Virus record (IMG/VR): IMGVR_UViG_3300037313_000574
Coordinates: 1 to 64,000 of that record
Source of the DNA: a virus
Lineage: Duplodnaviria > Caudoviricetes
Direction: 5' to 3' (one strand)
DNA length: 64,000 bases
How positions within the stretch are numbered: the first letter of the stretch is position 1; every line of letters starts with the position of its first letter. This document shows, piece by piece, positions 44,251 to 52,420 of this stretch. The notes under the pieces were generated by a model that made no database searches, had not been told where the DNA came from, and saw nothing but the letters and a program-made list of their open reading frames with translations. The position numbers and the translations under genes are program-made.

Positions 44251-47200
44251 GTTACCCGCCATCCCCTCGGTATCGTCGCGCGTACCGACTGAAATCAGCG
44301 CCTTGCTGCGCCCGATGCGCGAGATTTTGACGGCCTTCACCACGGGCGACAGCCAAGTAGTCAGCATTGGCAGCCTGCGTCGTGCCGGCATTATCGGCGG
44401 CACCGATGGCGATGGCGTTCTGATCCCGCCAGGCGGATTTGATATTCCGCCCGCGCCTACTGGATTGGCCGCTGGCGGCGCCCTGGCAAGCATCATTCTG
44501 ACCTGGGATAGCATCGGCTATGGCCGGGTATCCCATACGGAAATCTGGCGCGCGCAAACGGATGACTTTAGCCTTGCGCAGTTGGTCGGGCGCAGCGATG
44601 GCTTTATCTATGTCGATCCAGTGGGCGGCGCGGCCGTCCGGTATTACTGGATTCGCTACGTTTCCTACTCCAATAATCCGGGTCCATTCAATGCCCAATC
44701 CGGGACGATGGGCGAAACCGGGCAAGATCCTGCCTACCTGCTCGACCTGCTGACTGGTCAAATCACGGAAACCCAGTTGTATGCTGACTTGGGCGCGCGC
44801 ATCAACTTGATCGATGCCGAGGGGACCGGGCTGGTGGACCGAGTAGATGCCTTGGTTGCCACGTATGGCGATACGGCCAGCGCTGCGGAATCCGCTGCCG
44901 AGGCGGCGCAATCCGCGGCGGATGCCGTTGCCGCTGAAGCGGCGGCATTAGGCGCAAGCACGGATGCGATTGCAGCGAAGGCTGCGGCATTGCTTGCACA
45001 GGGATCAGCCGAAAGTGCGGCATTGGCGTCGGAATCTTCCAGGATTTCCGCCGAGTCGGCCAAGGCTGGCGCCGATACATCAGCCGCAGCGGCAGCCACG
45101 TCAGAAACCAATGCCGCCAGCTATGCGACTAGCGCCGAGGCGGCGTCGACGGCGGCAAACAATTCCAAGTTGGCAGCCGAAGCGGCCAAGACTGATTCGG
45201 CAACCAGTGCAACAGCGGCAGCAACGTCAGCCACGAGCGCCGCAACTTCGGCAACGAACGCAGCCGCATCAGCAACTGCGTCCGATAGTGCCAAGCTGTC
45301 AGCCGAGGCCGCAAAAGCAGATGCCGCCACCAGTGCCAGCGCCTCCGCCACTTCGGCCACCAACGCATCCAGCTACGCAACTGCCGCCGAGTCGGCAGCA
45401 TCGGCGGCGAACACGTACAAACTGGCAGCAGAATCGGCAAAGGGATCGGCTGAATCTGCTGCCACGGCGGCGGTGACGGCGAAAGATACTGCCGTCACTA
45501 AAGCATCGGAAGCCAGCACTTCCGCCGCTGCTGCATCGACCAGTGCCACCACCGCCGCAACCAAAGCGGGCGAAGCGTCGACCTCAGCCACAAATGCGGC
45601 CACATCGGAAACGAATGCAGCCGGCAGCGCATCGAGCGCGTCGACCAGCGCCAGCAACGCGGCCGGGTCCGCCACGGCGGCGGGCGGCAGTGCCACGGCT
45701 GCTGCAGGATCGGCATCAACCGCCGCTACCCATGCGACCAATGCCGGCAATTCAGCGTCCGCCGCGTCCGCCGCGCAAGTCGCGGCCGAGAGCGCACGCG
45801 ACACCGCCGCAGGCCACGCTAGCGCCGCCAGCACCAGCGCCAGCACCGCCAACACGCGCGCCAACGATGCGCAGTCTTATGCCAATGCCGCCAGCAGCAG
45901 CGCCAATACTGCCAGCACGGCAGCCAGCAATGCCCTGACGTACAGAGACAGCGCGGCCAGCAGCGCCACCACGGCAGAGGGTTACGCCACGGCGGCGGCG
46001 ACGGATTACACGGCCGTCAATGCCCGGCTCGACAATGCCGGCGGCACCGGCGTCACGGTTGAGCAGAAACTGACGGCGAATGCCGATTCCATTACCGGGC
46101 TGAATGCGCAATACACCGTCAAGATCAGCACGGACAACGTGTCCGGCGGCTTTGGGCTGGCCACTACCGGGCCGACCGACGCGCCGACCCTGGATTTCGG
46201 CGTGCGCTCCAACAGGTTCTACGTCGCCCCGCCAAGCAACTTCATCCAGGAATCGACGCCATCCGCCACCGCAGTCGGGCAAGTCTGGTACAAGCCATCG
46301 ACCAAGGAAACCTTCTATTCCACGGCGACGGGCACGGCTGGATGGTCATTGGTCAACCCAACCATCCCGTTTGTGGTGCAGACCACGGATCAGGTCGTTA
46401 ACGGCGTGACGATCCCCAAGGGCGTCTACATGGATGCCGCGTACATCAAGAACTTAACGGCTTTGGTTGCACGACTTGGCAATGCCTGGATTGACAATGC
46501 CATGATCGCCGATCTTTCGGCGGAAAAGATCAATGCCGGCGACATTGCCGCCACCCGAATGAGCGCCAATATCGTCACGGCATTGAGCGGCAAGTTTTCT
46601 TCCCTGTCGGCGATTACCGCGAATCTTGGCACCGCGACGATCAGCAGCACGGGATTCCTGAATACCACCGATGCCGTCGCTTATGGCACCGGCGTCGGTA
46701 TCTGGATGGGCTATTCAGGTGGTGCGTATAAATTCCGCGTGGGTGATCCGAACGGCCAATACATCAAGTGGGATGGAGCCATCCTGAAAATGTCCGGCTC
46801 CCTGATGTCCGGCGCATACACCAGTTACGCATGGCCGTCTGCCGGGCAGACAGGCTACTACCTTGGCGCTGAAGGTCTGCTGATTGGCAACTATAACAAC
46901 GGCAAATACGTCCAGATCGACATCGATGGCAATCTGTACATGCCGCAATTCAGTGTAGTGAATGGTAACGCAACATTTAGTGGCGCCCTGAGCGCGGCAA
47001 CGGGTACGTTTTCCGGATCGCTTTCTGCTGCCACAGGGACGTTTTCTGGAACGCTTACGGCAAGTGCGATCAACGCCATTAATACCATCAACCTAGCAGG
47101 CAATGCCGTTACGCAGATGATTGCGGGGAGTGGGACAAGCAGCATTAGTTTCCCAACGATGACTACTTATGGCGGGTCAGTACAGATTTTAGTGCAATCC

Positions 47201-47434
47201 TTTTTCACAGTTGGTGCGGGTAGCTCCGGAGGCATCGTCGTGAAACGGGATGGCGTAACCATCACAGGCAATACAAGAACCAATGCCAGCGAAAGTTCTA
47301 TGGAGTTCGACCTCTCTGTACTGTACGTGGACACGCCCAGCGGGTCGCTTGCAAGCCCTGGTTCGCACACGTACACCGTTACGGTAGTGGGAGGGGTTAG
47401 CGTGTATGCCACATTATTTGAGGCGAAACGATGA
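44243..47434 (+). CDS. tail fibre / host-specificity protein with Ala-Ser-Thr stalk and J-like (DUF1983) domain
   Basis: N-term FN3-like, YYWIRYV; long A/S/T repeat region; NAQYTVK..GGFGLA..FYVAPP; GVYMDAAYIKN. Confidence 0.85.
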   Translation: MAKLPAIPSVSSRVPTEISALLRPMREILTAFTTGDSQVVSIGSLRRAGIIGGTDGDGVLIPPGGFDIPPAPTGLAAGGALASIILTWDSIGYGRVSHTEIWRAQTDDFSLAQLVGRSDGFIYVDPVGGAAVRYYWIRYVSYSNNPGPFNAQSGTMGETGQDPAYLLDLLTGQITETQLYADLGARINLIDAEGTGLVDRVDALVATYGDTASAAESAAEAAQSAADAVAAEAAALGASTDAIAAKAAALLAQGSAESAALASESSRISAESAKAGADTSAAAAATSETNAASYATSAEAASTAANNSKLAAEAAKTDSATSATAAATSATSAATSATNAAASATASDSAKLSAEAAKADAATSASASATSATNASSYATAAESAASAANTYKLAAESAKGSAESAATAAVTAKDTAVTKASEASTSAAAASTSATTAATKAGEASTSATNAATSETNAAGSASSASTSASNAAGSATAAGGSATAAAGSASTAATHATNAGNSASAASAAQVAAESARDTAAGHASAASTSASTANTRANDAQSYANAASSSANTASTAASNALTYRDSAASSATTAEGYATAAATDYTAVNARLDNAGGTGVTVEQKLTANADSITGLNAQYTVKISTDNVSGGFGLATTGPTDAPTLDFGVRSNRFYVAPPSNFIQESTPSATAVGQVWYKPSTKETFYSTATGTAGWSLVNPTIPFVVQTTDQVVNGVTIPKGVYMDAAYIKNLTALVARLGNAWIDNAMIADLSAEKINAGDIAATRMSANIVTALSGKFSSLSAITANLGTATISSTGFLNTTDAVAYGTGVGIWMGYSGGAYKFRVGDPNGQYIKWDGAILKMSGSLMSGAYTSYAWPSAGQTGYYLGAEGLLIGNYNNGKYVQIDIDGNLYMPQFSVVNGNATFSGALSAATGTFSGSLSAATGTFSGTLTASAINAINTINLAGNAVTQMIAGSGTSSISFPTMTTYGGSVQILVQSFFTVGAGSSGGIVVKRDGVTITGNTRTNASESSMEFDLSVLYVDTPSGSLASPGSHTYTVTVVGGVSVYATLFEAKR
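44880..46010 (+). repeat. Ala/Ser/Thr-rich low-complexity coding repeats (Stf-like stalk)
   Basis: Repeated SATAAATSATSAA / SETNAA / KLAAEAAK units. Confidence 0.85.
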
Positions 47435-48027
47435 AAAATTACGTGCTTTATAACGCCGATGGGGTGATTGTCCAGCATGGCACCTGCCCTGACGAGATGA
47501 TCTTATCTAATTGGGGGGATGGTTTGTATGTCATGGAGGGTTCGGCAAACCACGAGCAGCATTACATCTCGAATGGCGAAATCTGCGCCTATACCGAATC
47601 GGAGCTGCTGGCAAAAAATAACCTGCCGCAAGGATGGGCGTGGCAAATGCCGGAGCGGATCGCCGTCGATCTGCGTGCGCTCGACGATGCCAAGGTGCAG
47701 GCGTGGCAGCGCATCAAGAAAGCCCGCCTGGCTGCCGAGGCGGCCAATTTTGCCTGTGACGGCGCCTTGTACCAGCCGGACAAGGAACGTATCGGCGGCG
47801 CGGTGCAGATGGCCTTGATGGCGCAACTGGCAGGCCAGCCGTTCAGCATCGACTGGACGCTGGCCGACAATTCCGTCAAGACCCTTGATGCGGCTGGCAT
47901 GATCGCCGTGGGCACAGCCTTGGGCATGAAAGTAAGCGCCGCATTTGACACTGCGCGCGCCCTGCGTGACCAGATTGCCAATGCCGCAACCATTGCCGAA
48001 GTCGACGCAATCGGGTGGCCAGCATGA
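47431..48027 (+). CDS. DUF4376-domain tail fibre assembly protein
   Basis: WQRIKKAR...FSIDWTLADNSVKTLDAAGM...IANAATIAEVDAIGW. Confidence 0.85.
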   Translation: MKNYVLYNADGVIVQHGTCPDEMILSNWGDGLYVMEGSANHEQHYISNGEICAYTESELLAKNNLPQGWAWQMPERIAVDLRALDDAKVQAWQRIKKARLAAEAANFACDGALYQPDKERIGGAVQMALMAQLAGQPFSIDWTLADNSVKTLDAAGMIAVGTALGMKVSAAFDTARALRDQIANAATIAEVDAIGWPA

Positions 48028-48302
48028 ACCGCCTGATTCTGCTGGCGTTCTGGCTCTTGTGTCAGTTCGCCCATCTGGTGGCGTCGGCATGGATGCTGGC
48101 CGCCATCCTCGGCGGCAGCCGGCGCGCACTGGATATTGCCCTGGCCTATGACCGGGTTGCAAACGTGGCAACGGGCGGAAACGGGCTCGAAACCATCAGC
48201 CGGCGCGCTGCGCGCGGGGCCAGCGCGGGTGTGCGGAAGTGGTGTCTGCTGTGCCGGCTGCTGAACTTTCTCGATAAGGACCACTGCAAGTATTCACCCT
48301 GA
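48024..48302 (+). CDS. small tail-associated membrane protein
   Basis: AYDRVANVATGGNGLETISRRA...CLLCRLLNFLDKDHC. Confidence 0.75.
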   Translation: MNRLILLAFWLLCQFAHLVASAWMLAAILGGSRRALDIALAYDRVANVATGGNGLETISRRAARGASAGVRKWCLLCRLLNFLDKDHCKYSP

Positions 48303-48320
48303 TTTACCTGGCACTTCCAT

Positions 48321-48343
48321 AACCGCCTGCGGGCGGTTTTTTT
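48321..48343 (+). terminator. intrinsic terminator
   Basis: AACCGCC-TGCG-GGCGGTTTTTTT. Confidence 0.85.
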
Positions 48344-48432
48344 ATGCCCAAACGCTAAAAATATTGCCGGGGTGATCGAGAAATTATGGCTAACATTTTT
48401 ACGCTCGCGCGCACGCACATGAGGATACCAAA

Positions 48433-49002
48433 TTGAAAAACTTCCAGCTTATCGCCCTGAACATGGACATTACTCCCCTCCTGCTGTCGGTCAAGCGCCG
48501 GCCGGATTTGTGGCGAGAAGACACCTACCTACGCGACTACCCGCAGGGACCGTTCGGCCAGGTAGAAACGATCATGCTGCGGTTCCCGGAGAAGCGCGTG
48601 TTCGAGTTGGAAGCTGACTTGGAACGCTACAAGGGCAGCGTGGAGCAGCATTTTTGCATCGATTATCCGGCATACAAGATTCTGACGGATGCGCGCCCGC
48701 TGGTCATGTGGCTAGCTGCGCGCGTCGGTGCTGAACAAATCGGCCGATGCTTTATCAACAAGGTCGGGCCTGGCGGTCGTATCTTCCCGCATATCGACAC
48801 GCCGGCGCATACCGCCTTCTATTCGCGCTTCCATATCGTTCTCGAATCCAACGACGATGCACTGTTCCGCGCGGGCGATGAAATGATCAACATGCGCGCC
48901 GGTGAAGTCTACTGGTTCGACAACAAGCAGGAGCACGAAGTCAACAACAATGGCACAACGGATCGCATCCACCTGGTCTGCGACATGCGGTGCGCCCAAT
49001 GA
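48433..49002 (+). CDS. aspartyl/asparaginyl beta-hydroxylase (AspH)-family Fe(II)/2OG dioxygenase
   Basis: IFPHIDTP (HxD), RFHIVL, GEVYWFDNKQEHEVNN, RIHLVCD; TTG start with GAGG RBS. Confidence 0.9.
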   Translation: MKNFQLIALNMDITPLLLSVKRRPDLWREDTYLRDYPQGPFGQVETIMLRFPEKRVFELEADLERYKGSVEQHFCIDYPAYKILTDARPLVMWLAARVGAEQIGRCFINKVGPGGRIFPHIDTPAHTAFYSRFHIVLESNDDALFRAGDEMINMRAGEVYWFDNKQEHEVNNNGTTDRIHLVCDMRCAQ

Positions 49003-49454
49003 TCACCTTCCAGACAGAAAAATGGCGTGATGCGCTGCCGGAAATGGAGCCGATCCTGGTCAAGCACTGGCGCGAAATCGCCCTTGGCCATGACAAGGTG
49101 CCGCTGGATATCGCCCGCGACAAGTATCAGGCGCTATGCGATGCCGGCGTGCTGCATATTGTCACGGCGCGTGATAACGGCGTGCTGGTCGGCTACCACG
49201 TCGCCATTGTTTCCGGCCACCTGCACTACCTGAGCACGCTTCACGCAATTACCGACGTGTATTTCATCTTGCCGGGCTATCGCCGCGGCTTTACCGGCAT
49301 CCGCCTGTTCAAGCAGGTCGAGGTTTTCATGCGTGCGCTGGGCGTCAAGAAGTTGATCACCGCAACAAAACTACATCTGGATATGGGCAAGATCCTGATC
49401 CGCCTCGGCTACACCCCGACTGAAACGACTTACACAAAGTATATAGGTGCTTAA
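48999..49454 (+). CDS. GNAT-family acetyltransferase (pre-ejection-gene type)
   Basis: DVYFILPGYRRGFTGIRLF; LIRLGYTPTETTY; coupled to AspH. Confidence 0.85.
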   Translation: MITFQTEKWRDALPEMEPILVKHWREIALGHDKVPLDIARDKYQALCDAGVLHIVTARDNGVLVGYHVAIVSGHLHYLSTLHAITDVYFILPGYRRGFTGIRLFKQVEVFMRALGVKKLITATKLHLDMGKILIRLGYTPTETTYTKYIGA

Positions 49455-50469
49455 CATGAAATTGCTTCGTGGTGAACGCAAACAGATTGCCGTCATGGAC
49501 GGCGACATGCGCTATTGCGGCGTCGCCGCTGCCATGATTGGGGCGGCTGTTATCGGCGGCGTTGCGACATCCTCGGCAGCAGATAGCGCAGCAGACTCTG
49601 CATCCGCTTCAGCCGCGAATTCTACTAATGCGCAGGAGCGCATAGCGGCTCGCGAACTTGATTTCGCCAAGGAGCAAGATGCTGCGAACCGCATTCGATT
49701 CGCCAAAGCCGATGAGTTGACTGAAAAAGTCACGAATAAACAGCTTGCGTCCATGGATCAGAACATGGCGCTGGCGGCGGATTACGACAATTACAACAAG
49801 ACCACGTTCAGGCCGCTTGAACAAGGCATCATTGACGAGGCCAAGAAATACGATTCGCCGGCAGAGCAAGAGCGCGCTGCAAGCGAAGCCTCGGCATCTG
49901 TCAAACAAAACATTGCGCAGGCAACCGAGGCGAACAATCGCAATCTGGCGCGGATGGGTGTGAACCCGAGTTCTGGCCGCTCGCAGGTCACGGCCAGCCA
50001 AACCGCCATCACCGGCGCGCTGGGCGAAGCCAGCGCCGAGAATACCGCGCGCCAGAACGTCAAGACCCTGGGCGCAGCCAAGCGCATGGATGCGGCCAGC
50101 CTGGGCCGCAACCTGCCAAGCGCACAAGCGACCAGTGCCAGTGTTGGCATCAATGCAGGCAACGCTGCAATCAATGGGACTGCAACGACCAACAACAGCG
50201 TCACCAACGGTAATAACTCGGTAGGCGGCCTATACGGAGCAGCCGGAAATCAGTTTAGCAGTGCAGCATCAAACTATTCCAACATTGCTGGCGCGGCTAA
50301 TGCTGCAGCAGCAAGGAGTGGAGCTGCATGGGGACAGATTGGCGGGATGGCGATGAATTACGCGATGAATAGGCCGCCCGCATCCTTTACGCCGAATTCG
50401 GGCGGGGTCGGTGCTGATCCCTATGCTGGCTTTGACGCCGCATCGGCTGGCGGATGGGGAATTGAATAA
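49447..50469 (+). CDS. internal virion / ejection protein (P22 gp7-like)
   Basis: Short leader then an A/G/S-rich body; LARMGVNP; located before larger ejection genes. Confidence 0.7.
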   Translation: MLNMKLLRGERKQIAVMDGDMRYCGVAAAMIGAAVIGGVATSSAADSAADSASASAANSTNAQERIAARELDFAKEQDAANRIRFAKADELTEKVTNKQLASMDQNMALAADYDNYNKTTFRPLEQGIIDEAKKYDSPAEQERAASEASASVKQNIAQATEANNRNLARMGVNPSSGRSQVTASQTAITGALGEASAENTARQNVKTLGAAKRMDAASLGRNLPSAQATSASVGINAGNAAINGTATTNNSVTNGNNSVGGLYGAAGNQFSSAASNYSNIAGAANAAAARSGAAWGQIGGMAMNYAMNRPPASFTPNSGGVGADPYAGFDAASAGGWGIE

Positions 50470-50519
50470 TGATGACGCCCACGTTGGCGGCGCTTGCTGA
50501 ATAATCAAAAAGGAAAATC

Positions 50520-52352
50520 ATGAACGGTTCCGCATTGTCTGGATTTGTCGGTGGTCTGCAGCAGGGCTACGATTGGGTGCGAGATCAAAAACGTAAGGGC
50601 GAAGATGATGACTTCGCAAAAAAAGAGCGTGGTCGCGTCGAGAAAAAATGGGACCGCGAGGATGCCCACCAGGCTGAGATTGATGAGCTGAACAAAACTT
50701 TTTTCCCCAGTGAAGCGAAGACGGCGCCGGCACCGGCGATCGGCGTGAAGCCGCCGGACGCAGGGGGCGCTGCCATGACCGAGCTCGTACCGGAGCAAGC
50801 AGCGCCGGAAGTCAGATCGCTGAATGCGCCGCCGCAGGCGAAGGCGACACAGGCAAGCGCGACAGTGGCGGGCCCGCAATCTCCGGCACCTGCCATACCC
50901 GCGCAAGGTCAAGCCGTTGCGGTGCCGGTTGTTGCCACCCAGGAAAGCCGCCCTGTTGCCCTGACTGGCGGCATGCGCCCGCCAGCAGCGCAGGATCAAC
51001 CCGGCCAGGCCCAGCCGCAAGGCATGCCGATCCAGCCGAACCAGATGACCAGCATGAATAATTCGCTGGAATACATGATCCAGCGCGCGGCGATCAATCT
51101 CAAACATGGTGTCGATGACGGCAAGACGCTGATGTCGCTGTACAAATTCCGGGATACGAGCCAAAAGGAAGGACTGGACGACGCAATCCGCCTGTTGAAC
51201 ATGGGCGACAATGAAGGCGCCATGCGCAAGTACAACAGCACCGGACAGTCCACCGGCTGGACTGTGAAATCATCGGTCGACGGCGTATTCAAGTATGGTG
51301 GCGCCGACATTCCAACGAAGCTGGTCACGGTGCAGGATGCCAATGGCACGGTACGCACGATCAATACCGCGCAGGCGATGGTGCAGAATCAGACGATCGA
51401 CAAGCTAATTACCCAGGCGCAGAAAGGCGTGGAGCAAGACGATAAGCGCGCCGACAATGAAGCCAATCGCCGCATCCAGCAGCAGAATGCCGATACGCAG
51501 GAGAACTATCGGCGTGACGTGGCTGCGGCCAAGACTGCCGCAAGCCAGCCGCAAGCCGCCCCAGTATGGGATGACAAGGCCGACACCTTCCTCAAGCAAC
51601 GCTATACCGTCACCGATCCCGTATCGGGCGCCGTGACGGTGGATGGCGATGGCCTGCAGTTCGGCAAGGCCGTTGCCTTGTCGCGCGCCCGCACCAATGG
51701 CGGCGATGCCACCAGCGGATTGGGCTATGCCTTCGACGTTGATAACCGATTGAAGCAGAGCGCCGGCGACGACCCGGCTAAATTGCGCCAACTGCGCAAT
51801 GACTATCTGCGCAGCATTGCGCCACCACGCACGGCACCAGCCGCAGCGGCAAGTCAAAGCCCGGAATTTTCCAGGGTGCAGGCGGCGTATGACGCTGGCC
51901 AAGCCGGCCGCAATGCAGACCAAAGAGCCATTCTTGAGCGGGAATTAGCTGCTGAAACGAATCCAGATAACCGGGCCGCGCTTGAGCGTGAGATTGCCAG
52001 GCTCCCGGCAGCAGCGCCCGTCACGGCACGGGAAAAACTTGCGCCGGCAGGCGGCATACCAAAATCGCCCGCCGCACCCGCCGCAACAAATGGCCGATCA
52101 ACAGCCGAACGCGATCAGCGCATCGCTGAAATGAACAGGTTGAGCGGGAATTCCATGGAGGCGCGCAGGAGCGCCATCGCGATGCGTGAAACCGACGCCA
52201 AAGAGAACTTTGACAGCCAATTGGCCCAACTCAGGCCCAACATGCCGCGCGCCGAAAAATTCAAACTCATGGAGTGGTTCGATGCCCATGAGGATTCATT
52301 GAGCAACGAGCAGCGCAAGAGATTGCGCGAAGCCAAGGCAAAAGTCGGCTAA
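50520..52352 (+). CDS. internal virion / ejection protein
   Basis: 610 aa; FVGGLQQGY N-term; Pro/Ala/Gln linkers. Confidence 0.65.
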   Translation: MNGSALSGFVGGLQQGYDWVRDQKRKGEDDDFAKKERGRVEKKWDREDAHQAEIDELNKTFFPSEAKTAPAPAIGVKPPDAGGAAMTELVPEQAAPEVRSLNAPPQAKATQASATVAGPQSPAPAIPAQGQAVAVPVVATQESRPVALTGGMRPPAAQDQPGQAQPQGMPIQPNQMTSMNNSLEYMIQRAAINLKHGVDDGKTLMSLYKFRDTSQKEGLDDAIRLLNMGDNEGAMRKYNSTGQSTGWTVKSSVDGVFKYGGADIPTKLVTVQDANGTVRTINTAQAMVQNQTIDKLITQAQKGVEQDDKRADNEANRRIQQQNADTQENYRRDVAAAKTAASQPQAAPVWDDKADTFLKQRYTVTDPVSGAVTVDGDGLQFGKAVALSRARTNGGDATSGLGYAFDVDNRLKQSAGDDPAKLRQLRNDYLRSIAPPRTAPAAAASQSPEFSRVQAAYDAGQAGRNADQRAILERELAAETNPDNRAALEREIARLPAAAPVTAREKLAPAGGIPKSPAAPAATNGRSTAERDQRIAEMNRLSGNSMEARRSAIAMRETDAKENFDSQLAQLRPNMPRAEKFKLMEWFDAHEDSLSNEQRKRLREAKAKVG

Positions 52353-52420
52353 TCACCCTGCCAGACCATTGCTGCGCCAAGACTGAACGCCACCATCAAA
52401 ACACCAAGGATTCCACCGCC

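Noticed and set aside
44880-46010. CRISPR array or non-coding repeat
   Set aside because: Repeats are degenerate at DNA level, in-frame and protein-level (A/S/T); no constant repeat-spacer pattern and no cas genes.
38458-47434. Diversity-generating retroelement or invertible tail cassette
   Set aside because: The FN3 copies differ at all bases rather than only at adenines; no reverse transcriptase or invertase in the window.
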